Source of the DNA: a virus
Length of the DNA: 64,000 nt
Strand: one strand, 5' to 3'
IMG/VR virus record: IMGVR_UViG_3300046787_000675
Coordinates: 96,706-160,705 of that record
Numbering within the stretch: the first letter of the stretch is position 1; every line of letters starts with the position of its first letter. Below are positions 1-8,501 of the stretch, piece after piece. The notes under the pieces were generated by a model, which was not told the DNA's origin, did no database searches, and saw only the letters and a list, made by a program, of their open reading frames with translations. Made by a program: the position numbers and the translations under genes.

Positions 1-262
1 TGTAATACGTTTTTATTCCGAGTTTATACAGCTCAGAGATAAAATTACGTATTGCAAGAGCCGTATCATCCTCAATGGCTTTCTTGTCTGTTATATCTCC
101 TCCGAGAATAACAGCTTTGTTTCTGTCGGGGACAATGTTATCGTTAATGATAACTTCCCGAGCACTCAACAAGGCATTAAAGGAATCCCCATAGAATTCC
201 TCGCGTCTGCTCCAAGAATAGCCATTTAAGTGTAAATCGGCTAAATTATATAGTACTGTCAT
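1..262 (-). CDS. SbcD/Mre11/T4 gp47-like metallophosphoesterase nuclease (5' part; runs off left edge)
   Basis: Not in ORF track. Manual translation MTVLYNLADLHLNG...AVILGGDITD...LYKLGIKTYY shows DxH and GD metallophosphoesterase motifs I-II. ATG at 262 overlaps the upstream TGA (ATGA). Confidence 0.75.
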   Translation of the reverse strand, partial: MTVLYNLADLHLNGYSWSRREEFYGDSFNALLSAREVIINDNIVPDRNKAVILGGDITDKKAIEDDTALAIRNFISELYKLGIKTYY

Positions 263-672
263 ACTTCCTTATAATATTTATTTATTAATTTCGCATATGC
301 TTTTTTACATATACGTTTTTCTACTGGGCGCGGTGGGACTAATAAAAATACAATCCCGAAAGATAACCATATAGAGAACACAACAGGTATCAGAAAAGGA
401 AATACATAAAATAACCAGATCGCTCCGATTAAACATAGTATCGTTTCCGTCAGGGTATCTTTAAACCCGTACTTTATGTCTGTTACTGCAGTGCATAACC
501 CTATAAATATCAATAACACAATAGCCCATACTGTGTCATCTAGGGTCGGTTGTCTTATGGTGTTCAATACTGCTATTATATTAGCATGTATTAGAAAAAA
601 AGGATGTATAAAGATAGACATCAAAAAGATCCTAATCTTATATATCCCTATTTTTTTGTTATTATTATTCAT
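259..672 (-). CDS. hypothetical membrane protein
   Basis: 137 aa with about 4 hydrophobic segments; translationally coupled on both sides. Confidence 0.65.
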   Translation of the reverse strand: MNNNNKKIGIYKIRIFLMSIFIHPFFLIHANIIAVLNTIRQPTLDDTVWAIVLLIFIGLCTAVTDIKYGFKDTLTETILCLIGAIWLFYVFPFLIPVVFSIWLSFGIVFLLVPPRPVEKRICKKAYAKLINKYYKEV

Positions 673-836
673 CTCAGTGTTTGACCTCGATTATCCGGAC
701 TATCAACAGGGTCTGTTACCTTCTTTTTTTCGACAGGTCTAGAGTGGGAATATAACCTCCCGGTAATAAACCTAGATTTTTCGTGAAAGAAGTGCATGTC
801 TTGTTTTTTTCGTCGTAGATAAGGGTCATTCCTCAT
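669..836 (-). CDS. small hypothetical protein (55 aa)
   Basis: Manual: MRNDPYLRRKKQDMHFF...GQTLR*; GGAG RBS 7 nt upstream; stop overlaps the ATG at 672. Confidence 0.5.
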   Translation of the reverse strand: MRNDPYLRRKKQDMHFFHEKSRFITGRLYSHSRPVEKKKVTDPVDSPDNRGQTLR

Positions 837-1053
837 TTTATTTCTCCATATTTTTCCTCTTTAACTTAATGTTTTTTTATTATAAGTCAACGCTACTATT
901 TTGTGCTAAAAATAGGCGTTTTTACTGCTTTTGTGCCACAGCTAAGGCATACGCATTATATTATGACATAAATTTGGCAAAAATTAAGGGTATTTTTTGC
1001 TATAAGGGGTATATGGCTATATATTAAGGAAAAACAGCAAAAGAGTGGGTTAA

Positions 1054-1335
1054 ATGTTTGAAAGATTGCAAAAAAAAGCTATAAATTTCACTAAAGCGAT
1101 GGTGGAAGCGGAAAAACACTTCAGAGATACAGGCGAAGTACAAGTTAGTCGAGAGGAATACCAAGATAGAGTAAAAATCTGTCAAAGTTGTGATTTGTAC
1201 GAGAAATTCGCTAAAGATGAATGCGGTGAATGTCTTTGCTACGTAAAAACACTAAAAGCTTGGGGAGCAGCCTGGCACTGCCCATTATATAAATGGCCAG
1301 GAGATGAATTAAAAATAAATAACGAAAAGGAATGA
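1054..1335 (+). CDS. small Cys-rich phage protein (DUF6171-like)
   Basis: R-x-x-I-C-x2-C ... C-x2-C-x-C ... HCPLYKW pattern typical of this phage family. Confidence 0.7.
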   Translation: MFERLQKKAINFTKAMVEAEKHFRDTGEVQVSREEYQDRVKICQSCDLYEKFAKDECGECLCYVKTLKAWGAAWHCPLYKWPGDELKINNEKE

Positions 1336-1338
1336 TAT

Positions 1339-1896
1339 ATGTCTATTCAAAGTAAACAACTAGCTCATGATAGAGCGCAGGACCAAATCGAACACATGTG
1401 GGCAGAGGACGGTGTTATACATGTAATTGATAAAAAAGGTACAAGACATATGTACACGGTTAAAGAAGCAGCGCAGAAAGCCGTCCTTATAAATCAGCAA
1501 TTGGAAGCAATTGATAAAATACAAAGAAACCCTGCTTTAGCGAGTCAATCTTTAAAGAATCAACTGGATAGAGGTAATGCTTTTGTAACAAAAGTGATCG
1601 AACTGTGTAAGATAGCGAAAAGACAACAACAAAGCTCTAATAAACAAGATAAAACTAGTTTATTGAATAATTTCCTTGAAGGTAAAGATCCTAACGGGAA
1701 TAAAATTAAAATAACCGATGAAGATAAGTTAATAGAGTTATATAAGTCGGAATTCTTTACATTGGATTATAGCGATATACGAGATGTTCTTAGATCTAAA
1801 TCATTGGCGGAAGAACATAAGAAACCTTTCCTAAGCAGAATGCACACCCAGAAGGTAGCAGAAGCTAATAACTTTAAACCGACGTTGATTGTTTAA
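1339..1896 (+). CDS. hypothetical protein
   Basis: 185-aa ORF with AAGGA RBS, directly after 1054..1335; converges on the minus-strand operon. Confidence 0.7.
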   Translation: MSIQSKQLAHDRAQDQIEHMWAEDGVIHVIDKKGTRHMYTVKEAAQKAVLINQQLEAIDKIQRNPALASQSLKNQLDRGNAFVTKVIELCKIAKRQQQSSNKQDKTSLLNNFLEGKDPNGNKIKITDEDKLIELYKSEFFTLDYSDIRDVLRSKSLAEEHKKPFLSRMHTQKVAEANNFKPTLIV

Positions 1897-2536
1897 TTGA
1901 GTCAAGCCACTCGCTTTTTATAGGTAGAGTGGTTAACTGATTCATATATTCGTTTAGAATTCTTTTATTATTATCTTCTAGGGCGTATATCGATTCTTGC
2001 TGCATTTCCCAGAATGTTTTTTCCATTATCTCATCCCCATCGTAGTTATCATAGATCCTATCTATCTCGGGATCTATCGGGACAAATTTCAATATTCTGG
2101 GAACTTTTTTAATACCTTCTTGTTGAAGAAGAACACCTATGTATGTTTTTATATCGTCGGAGAACTCTTCTGGGTTATAATCGTCCCCTAATAGAAGACT
2201 TACCTCTGTTATTGCCCATAGAATATCGTCCAGGTCTGCAGGTATCCATTCACTACTTAATATAACCCCTCTATTTAATGAGTTAGCTATTGCAGTAAAT
2301 GCATAGATGTCTTTGAAGAACATATTGGAGTTTAGAATGGATATACCTGTTAATATTCTATCGAGCATCATATTATTAGGCAAAATACGCATGTCTTTGC
2401 GCAAAGCCATTTCAAATATATCCGCCTCCCAGTCTAAACATTCTGAACCGAACTCCTCGAGGACTAAAGCTAAGGCAGTTGTACAGAATAATTCCGGGTT
2501 ATTTAGGATCTCTGCTTTAGATAGTGGTTGACTCAT
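1874..2536 (-). CDS. hypothetical protein (acidic, helical; probably virion-related)
   Basis: 220-aa ORF, last gene of the minus-strand run. Confidence 0.7.
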   Translation of the reverse strand: MSQPLSKAEILNNPELFCTTALALVLEEFGSECLDWEADIFEMALRKDMRILPNNMMLDRILTGISILNSNMFFKDIYAFTAIANSLNRGVILSSEWIPADLDDILWAITEVSLLLGDDYNPEEFSDDIKTYIGVLLQQEGIKKVPRILKFVPIDPEIDRIYDNYDGDEIMEKTFWEMQQESIYALEDNNKRILNEYMNQLTTLPIKSEWLDSIKQSTSV

Positions 2537-2539
2537 CGT

Positions 2540-3574
2540 TTACCTTTTAGCAAATGCGTCGATGTATTTTTCCAGCTCTTTTGCAGAGTTTACGGATAAA
2601 GATTCTATAGCTTCTTTTAAATTAGGGATATCCGTGATTCCAAAGACATCGGATAAGAAGGTTTTTACCTTGTCTTGATTAAATTGACCCAGGCTAAAGT
2701 GTCTACCATTTGCTGTCTTGATAAGATTAGTATTGTATTCATCTATTTCACACATTGCAAATTTATACAGTTTGTGTTCTGGAGGTGTAAATTTATCGGA
2801 ATATTTATGTGTTAAGGAAGCGTGCCTGTCTACAGCGTCCAATGCCGAAGCAATATTCGATATAACATCGGCAGCGATAATACCTGTTTCAGCTGCAGAG
2901 TCCATGGCAACTTTCTCTAACAATAACATAGATTCTACATGTTTAGGGTGGGTGTGTTGGATAGCTACACGGCGTACATTTATCGCTTCTTTAACATCCT
3001 TTAGATCAGACACAGCATATCCAGCCGTTTTCTGTAGTGAGATAACTTTATCCCTGCCTAAATCGAAGTTTAACACTGTAGCGGTGGCTAACGCCTGCTG
3101 AGCTACTTCTTTCCTGATATTATATGTGTGATGTCCTGGCGTCAATATATCATTCGCGATCTTTTGTAGATCCTCGATAGTATCAACAGGGATATCCGCA
3201 TATACTTTATCACCGTCTTTATATTTAATGGAGATACCGTTACTTGCTATTTTCTCTAGTCGCTGTGCCGGTTTAAAAGAATCAAACGGCATATTGTATA
3301 GCTCACATACTTCTTTTATTTTATCGACTACTTCCTGTCTTACCTGGACACCTTCCATAGCTTGTTTCTGTATGTAAGATGCGGACAACCATGTGTCAGC
3401 TTTACTGGCAATAGGAAACATACGCAATACGCTATCAGCAAATTGATTTCTGTTAAGTTTATTGATATTGTCTTCATCTGTTAAGGATGCTTCCTTAACG
3501 AAATCTGGCATAGGGTTTTCACTTACTATTTTATAAAAATAGGATTTGTTTTTATCTTTGATGTAATCAATCAT
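2540..3574 (-). CDS. putative head/inner-core protein with multiple KxA motifs
   Basis: FVKEA, IQKQA, LEKIA, LQKIA, LQKTA, LEKVA, LYKFA and LIKTA match the motif seen in the head module. Confidence 0.6.
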   Translation of the reverse strand: MIDYIKDKNKSYFYKIVSENPMPDFVKEASLTDEDNINKLNRNQFADSVLRMFPIASKADTWLSASYIQKQAMEGVQVRQEVVDKIKEVCELYNMPFDSFKPAQRLEKIASNGISIKYKDGDKVYADIPVDTIEDLQKIANDILTPGHHTYNIRKEVAQQALATATVLNFDLGRDKVISLQKTAGYAVSDLKDVKEAINVRRVAIQHTHPKHVESMLLLEKVAMDSAAETGIIAADVISNIASALDAVDRHASLTHKYSDKFTPPEHKLYKFAMCEIDEYNTNLIKTANGRHFSLGQFNQDKVKTFLSDVFGITDIPNLKEAIESLSVNSAKELEKYIDAFAKR

Positions 3575-3594
3575 TTTATGGTCCTCTGTTATTC

Positions 3595-3603
3595 TTTTAT
3601 ACT
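3595..3603 (-). promoter_or_regulatory. candidate late promoter core AGTATAAAA
   Basis: 20 nt upstream of ATG 3574; same core recurs at similar spacing before 7587, 37578, 46601 and 47370. Confidence 0.35.
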
Positions 3604-3634
3604 ATATAAGAGTTGTCATTTAAATCCAACACCG

Positions 3635-6600
3635 CTAAAAATATTTAATAATCAAATCGGACAAATATTGATCTCTCTCGCTATTTGTCAGAACACGATT
3701 AAATAAAAGTATTTCTGCATAGTCGTATTGTCCGAAGTTAACCCCTATCGGGTCATCGTCCCGGACTAACGCACCGAATGTCAGGGTATCGTGGTCTACG
3801 GCATGGTCGGCTATATCTGTGTATTGTACCGTTTCGCTATTTATACGGAACGAAAGTAAATTACCGTTTAACTTTACATTGAATATATGAAGATTGTCCC
3901 CTACATCTGATGTATCGTTTATAACTTGCGGGATAAATGCCGCTGAGCGAATACTTGCAACGGAACCATTACTTAGATCTGTGTCTCTTGTACTTATATA
4001 TGAGTAAGAGTTGTTATTAGTATATTCCAACCAGTTCATAGCCGGAGTAAACGGCAAGGTACTACTATTTCTAATTACGAGAATAGCCTCCCATGTATTT
4101 CCGTCAAATACTGGAGCAGCACCATTTGCCTGGAAGTATTCGTTTAGACCATAACATCTAAGGGTATCATTCCCATTATACACTGCTGGTATTTGATCAG
4201 GTCCTCCTACCGTCGTTACTACGTGTCCATTAGGAGATATATCGGTAAAACCGCTATTTCCTTCTATATGTAATGCAAGGGCATTTGGAGAAGAGATAAA
4301 TAAGTCATCAACATCAATTTCACTACCGGTAGTAGAGATGCTCCCAAAAGACGTCCCATCAGATGCGTTTAATGAAATATCAAGAAGTGTATCGTCGTTA
4401 GCTGTCATTTCCAATATCATAACAGCACCGCTTAATATAGCCGGAGACATAACAAATATATCTTTCGGTAGATTCTGATTGTATAATGTTTTTATTTCCA
4501 GAGAAGTTAATCGTCTGGTGAACATAGATACAAAACACATGCTACCTACAAAATAATCGTCCATGGTTACAGGATTATAACCTATACACAAATCTGCGGT
4601 AGATATTATCGGGGCGGTTATAGTTCCTGTTTCAGTCTGTGTTACAGGTACTTCTATTCCGTCTATGTATATCTTAAAGACGTTGAAAGCATTCCAATCA
4701 ACCGCAATACAATGCCATACATTATCGTTAAAGGTATCGTCTGTTGAGTATTCCTTTATTTCAGTATCAGCATCTTGACTTACTCTTGCGTATATCTTTC
4801 CAAGAGCCATATAAATACTGTAATTATCTACTCCTGCTCCGGACGACATTTTGTTTATCAACTGCATTGTAGCGCTCGATACTGTTTTAATCCACATAAC
4901 ATGGGTTCTGTTACCGTCGCGAATATCAAGTAATACTGTGCTTGGAACAGTTACATAATTATCTACACCGTCAAATAGGAATGTCCCGAACTTTAAAGTC
5001 GACTCAACATTTATAAATGAACCTGTAATAGTTGGTACATTGATAAGTGTCGGGTTATGTTCGTAACCAGAATAATCTTCAAACTCCCTACCTACAGCAA
5101 TACCTGAATTAAGAGGTAGTGCAAGAACATAGTTGTTTCTAAAAGACGTATTATATCGCCATGGCTGTTTTGCTACAGTAGAATTATACAGTGTAGTTAC
5201 ATTACTTGGAGACAGCGCTGAATTAAATATCATAACTTCTGTCATGGATCCTTCCCATAATCCAGTACCAACATCCATAGCACCTACTAAGACATTTGCT
5301 GTAGTGTTATGGATATCAGATGTATAAGGTACACTATCTTCTTCTATAGCGTCAACATATAATTTTACATCAGCCCCATCATATGTTCCTACTAAATGAT
5401 ACCACGTATTTATTGTCGGTGTAATAGATGATACTGCTTCGGCATCTGCTGTACCTAAACCGTCACTAAATACTCTAAATACAAATGCACCGGCAACATG
5501 CGCTAAATACCAACCGCGTTGATCACTTGAAGGTAGATGCTTCGAAATAGCATACATTGAACTTAATGTATCTAAATATACCCAACAAGAAACGGTTATA
5601 TTATCTGTTATCTGTAAAGGAGTAGGGTTACCCACATCCAGATACTGGTCTACTCCATCTAGATAAAGGGTATTTACAAGTTCCTCTTCCGGAGTTACAG
5701 ATTCACTTATACTACTGCCTCCGTCGCTACCTCCTGGCGGTCCTTCAGTAGATTCCCCACTACTACTACCACTACCGCCGCCTCCGCCGCCTCCTCCGCC
5801 GCCTCCATCGGAGGAAGAAGGAGGATCAGGCTCACAAGTAGCACAATCAGGATGGGTATCAGGTCCTTTCAAAATAAATGTAGTTTGTTCGCACGTAGCT
5901 GCGTCACACCAAGCTTGTTCTGTATTATTTGCAGCAGGTCGCTGATAACATCCGCCGTTTTGAAATAATACTGGTCCTGGGTTATAATTCCAGGATTTTA
6001 CAATATATGCCGGCCCAGCTCCTTGTTTACCTGCACAAGCCTGCCATTTAACGTTATAATTCTGTATAGCACGCGCACAATCGCATACAGTAGCGTGGGC
6101 CACTGCTGCGCCGCCTATATTCGGGGGATCTACTGTCCCTTCTAGTAACTCAAAACAGTTACCTAGATATGATATTATTGTTGGTTTACCTAATGCTGCC
6201 CAGTTAGCAAACGTCAGAATGAGGTCAGGTTCGCAATTTTTATATTCTTTAAACTTTATGTTTTTCTCTAGACATAAATCACAAGGTGCTAGAGGATCTA
6301 TATTATCGATACCTCCAAGGTCAATAGTAACATCACTGTAGACATGTGTTTCATCTTCTAGTGTATATTCTACAAAAACATAACAATTACCATTTACCCC
6401 TTTAAAACTTTGATTTACATTAAGAAATACTGTATTTGGATCGAATATGTATATATCTAAAGGATTTTCGCAGTTATGCCATTTTTGGTTTTTACCTATT
6501 GTGTCGTCGCACTCAGCACAATTTTCAAAAGAATCAGCAGTAATAACAGTTGGGGGATCGTTTGTTAATTCCTCAGTCCTATAGTAACAAACACCTTCTA

Positions 6601-6640
6601 CTTTTATAACATTTCCTAAATTAGGCGCATTTATAGACAT
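3635..6640 (-). CDS. tail fibre/receptor-binding protein with LamG/concanavalin A-like lectin domains and N-terminal Cys-rich repeats
   Basis: Two clear LamG-3 domains (LDGVDQYL..ITVSCWV..WYHLVGTYDG..LYVD..EVMIFNSALS; FDGVDNYV..WHCIAV..IYIDG..MFTRRLTSLEIKTLY) plus a third lectin-like C-terminal domain (YAEILLFNRVLTNSER); poly-Gly/Ser linker. Confidence 0.8.
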   Translation of the reverse strand: MSINAPNLGNVIKVEGVCYYRTEELTNDPPTVITADSFENCAECDDTIGKNQKWHNCENPLDIYIFDPNTVFLNVNQSFKGVNGNCYVFVEYTLEDETHVYSDVTIDLGGIDNIDPLAPCDLCLEKNIKFKEYKNCEPDLILTFANWAALGKPTIISYLGNCFELLEGTVDPPNIGGAAVAHATVCDCARAIQNYNVKWQACAGKQGAGPAYIVKSWNYNPGPVLFQNGGCYQRPAANNTEQAWCDAATCEQTTFILKGPDTHPDCATCEPDPPSSSDGGGGGGGGGGGSGSSSGESTEGPPGGSDGGSSISESVTPEEELVNTLYLDGVDQYLDVGNPTPLQITDNITVSCWVYLDTLSSMYAISKHLPSSDQRGWYLAHVAGAFVFRVFSDGLGTADAEAVSSITPTINTWYHLVGTYDGADVKLYVDAIEEDSVPYTSDIHNTTANVLVGAMDVGTGLWEGSMTEVMIFNSALSPSNVTTLYNSTVAKQPWRYNTSFRNNYVLALPLNSGIAVGREFEDYSGYEHNPTLINVPTITGSFINVESTLKFGTFLFDGVDNYVTVPSTVLLDIRDGNRTHVMWIKTVSSATMQLINKMSSGAGVDNYSIYMALGKIYARVSQDADTEIKEYSTDDTFNDNVWHCIAVDWNAFNVFKIYIDGIEVPVTQTETGTITAPIISTADLCIGYNPVTMDDYFVGSMCFVSMFTRRLTSLEIKTLYNQNLPKDIFVMSPAILSGAVMILEMTANDDTLLDISLNASDGTSFGSISTTGSEIDVDDLFISSPNALALHIEGNSGFTDISPNGHVVTTVGGPDQIPAVYNGNDTLRCYGLNEYFQANGAAPVFDGNTWEAILVIRNSSTLPFTPAMNWLEYTNNNSYSYISTRDTDLSNGSVASIRSAAFIPQVINDTSDVGDNLHIFNVKLNGNLLSFRINSETVQYTDIADHAVDHDTLTFGALVRDDDPIGVNFGQYDYAEILLFNRVLTNSERDQYLSDLIIKYF

Positions 6641-6646
6641 ATGTAT

Positions 6647-7177
6647 TTATCCTTGAAAAAAATAATCTCTAATACTGTCGTCAGTAAAATGATTATAAGT
6701 TAGTAATGCAGTATCTGCAGTTTTATTGTTCATTATCTTATTATGTAGTTTAAAGTCTTGGACTACGTAGTTTATAGTTCTATTCATCAGTTCTTCTGTA
6801 GTAAAGATCATCGCGACAGTATCTGCTCTATAAAAGCCCTGATCTGTTGTATTAGGGTCATCGTCATAGACCTCCATATCAGTAACCGAGGCAATGGTCT
6901 CTAATACCCTATTTGGATAAATTGTAAATTCAGGGACTACTTCGTATTCTGGTAAAGGAGGCATGACAGATATAGGATCCGGTAAAGATCCGCACGGAAC
7001 ATATCTACCTACACGTTGTCGAGGTATACAGTTTTCCGGGGCGCGACATAGTAGGTCGTCTTGACATACAAATATTTTTAGATCCGATGTCTCTCCGTCA
7101 TAACTGTGTTCTGTCTTAAATACAGCTAGAAAACTATATTCGTGTAATTCATATATTCTGTATATCTTTAATTGCAT
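6647..7177 (-). CDS. hypothetical structural protein
   Basis: 176-aa ORF coupled by TAATG to 7177..7587. Confidence 0.65.
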   Translation of the reverse strand: MQLKIYRIYELHEYSFLAVFKTEHSYDGETSDLKIFVCQDDLLCRAPENCIPRQRVGRYVPCGSLPDPISVMPPLPEYEVVPEFTIYPNRVLETIASVTDMEVYDDDPNTTDQGFYRADTVAMIFTTEELMNRTINYVVQDFKLHNKIMNNKTADTALLTYNHFTDDSIRDYFFQG

Positions 7178-7587
7178 TAGCAGCCATCTCCCGGTACTAT
7201 TTCTAGATTTGTAGGGGGGATGTTATTCAGACGAGTTATATCTGCTATTAAGATAGTAATTTGCTGTTCCATTAGTTTCCATGTATCTTCTAAAAATGAT
7301 CTAGATGTATGAACTATATCGATGTAATGTTTTCGGAAAAAAGGATTTTCAACGGAAGGATAGTCTTTAGGGAACGCTATTAATTCCTGGTACGACGCGA
7401 TATTTACAAAGATAGCATTTTCTTTACCTTCTTTATATAACGGGACTCCAGGATACATTTGGTAGACGAATATCTCGCCAGGTATATTATTCGTTGTTTC
7501 TTGTACCCATACCTTTAGCCGCCATCGCTTAGGGCCTTGTGTAGTTGATACAAATTCTTTACTTACTTTAAAAAAACTATTACTCAT
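7177..7587 (-). CDS. hypothetical structural protein
   Basis: 136-aa ORF in the tail-appendage region. Confidence 0.65.
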   Translation of the reverse strand: MSNSFFKVSKEFVSTTQGPKRWRLKVWVQETTNNIPGEIFVYQMYPGVPLYKEGKENAIFVNIASYQELIAFPKDYPSVENPFFRKHYIDIVHTSRSFLEDTWKLMEQQITILIADITRLNNIPPTNLEIVPGDGC

Positions 7588-7663
7588 TATTTTCCGTCTA
7601 TCCTTTTTATAACTATACTGTCAGTAACTCTACTTGCCTACTTTATTTTATACTACATCCTTA

Positions 7664-8392
7664 CTAACTTACAACAAACGGGTTTGCAATTATATATGTA
7701 TTGTCCGGTGAAGGAGAACAGATAAAACCTGCACTAACTATACCACTTGGTATTGCCGTCCATGTACCTATCGGGTCCAGTCCTTCTATATAGGACAATG
7801 CTCCACCGAATGAATATTCCCATCTACATAATGTTTCATTAAAAGTTATCTCTGTGTATACTCCTGCTGTAGACCTTGTCCCGCATAAAGACCCGGAACC
7901 ATCATAATCATTAATATTTCTGCTTAATGTTCCTCCGTATGTATTCAATGCAGTATTGGTTAATGTACCGGAAAGAATTTGTATTTCTCTAGGAACATTA
8001 GCTGCTGTTCTGTATTGTATTTCGAAAGATATAGATAAACTACTTGGATATGTTACTATACCACAGTTACAGGTACAATCATCCTCAGTAAAATCCTCAA
8101 TAAAAATTGTAGGTACCACTATTGACTCCTCTATAAATTTATAACAATCTCCGGCTAAAGGATATGTTATAAATTCTGCAGTCGTATCAAGTGTAACATA
8201 GATTACAGTTTCCGGAAAACCGCATAATATATACTTTCTAGATAATATAGAATCAGCACAACATGATTCACAGGTATTGAACTCCCCCTGAAAAGTACCG
8301 GTATCCGGTGGACCTGCAGCCACAGTTGTTCTCTGATAACAGACACCATCTACACGTATAAATGCACCTAGATCTGGAAACACTTTAGGCAT
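7664..8392 (-). CDS. Cys-rich appendage/fibre protein
   Basis: N-terminal GAFIRVDGVCYQR...CESCC module shared with 3635..6640 and 12986..13597. Confidence 0.65.
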   Translation of the reverse strand: MPKVFPDLGAFIRVDGVCYQRTTVAAGPPDTGTFQGEFNTCESCCADSILSRKYILCGFPETVIYVTLDTTAEFITYPLAGDCYKFIEESIVVPTIFIEDFTEDDCTCNCGIVTYPSSLSISFEIQYRTAANVPREIQILSGTLTNTALNTYGGTLSRNINDYDGSGSLCGTRSTAGVYTEITFNETLCRWEYSFGGALSYIEGLDPIGTWTAIPSGIVSAGFICSPSPDNTYIIANPFVVS

Positions 8393-8501
8393 ATTGAGTA
8401 AACTCTCTTCATTGTTTTAATTATATAATATAGTTCAACAGCAAATAATAAACTATAACCGTATAAATACTTTTTAAATATAACATTTTAATTCATCTTT
8501 A

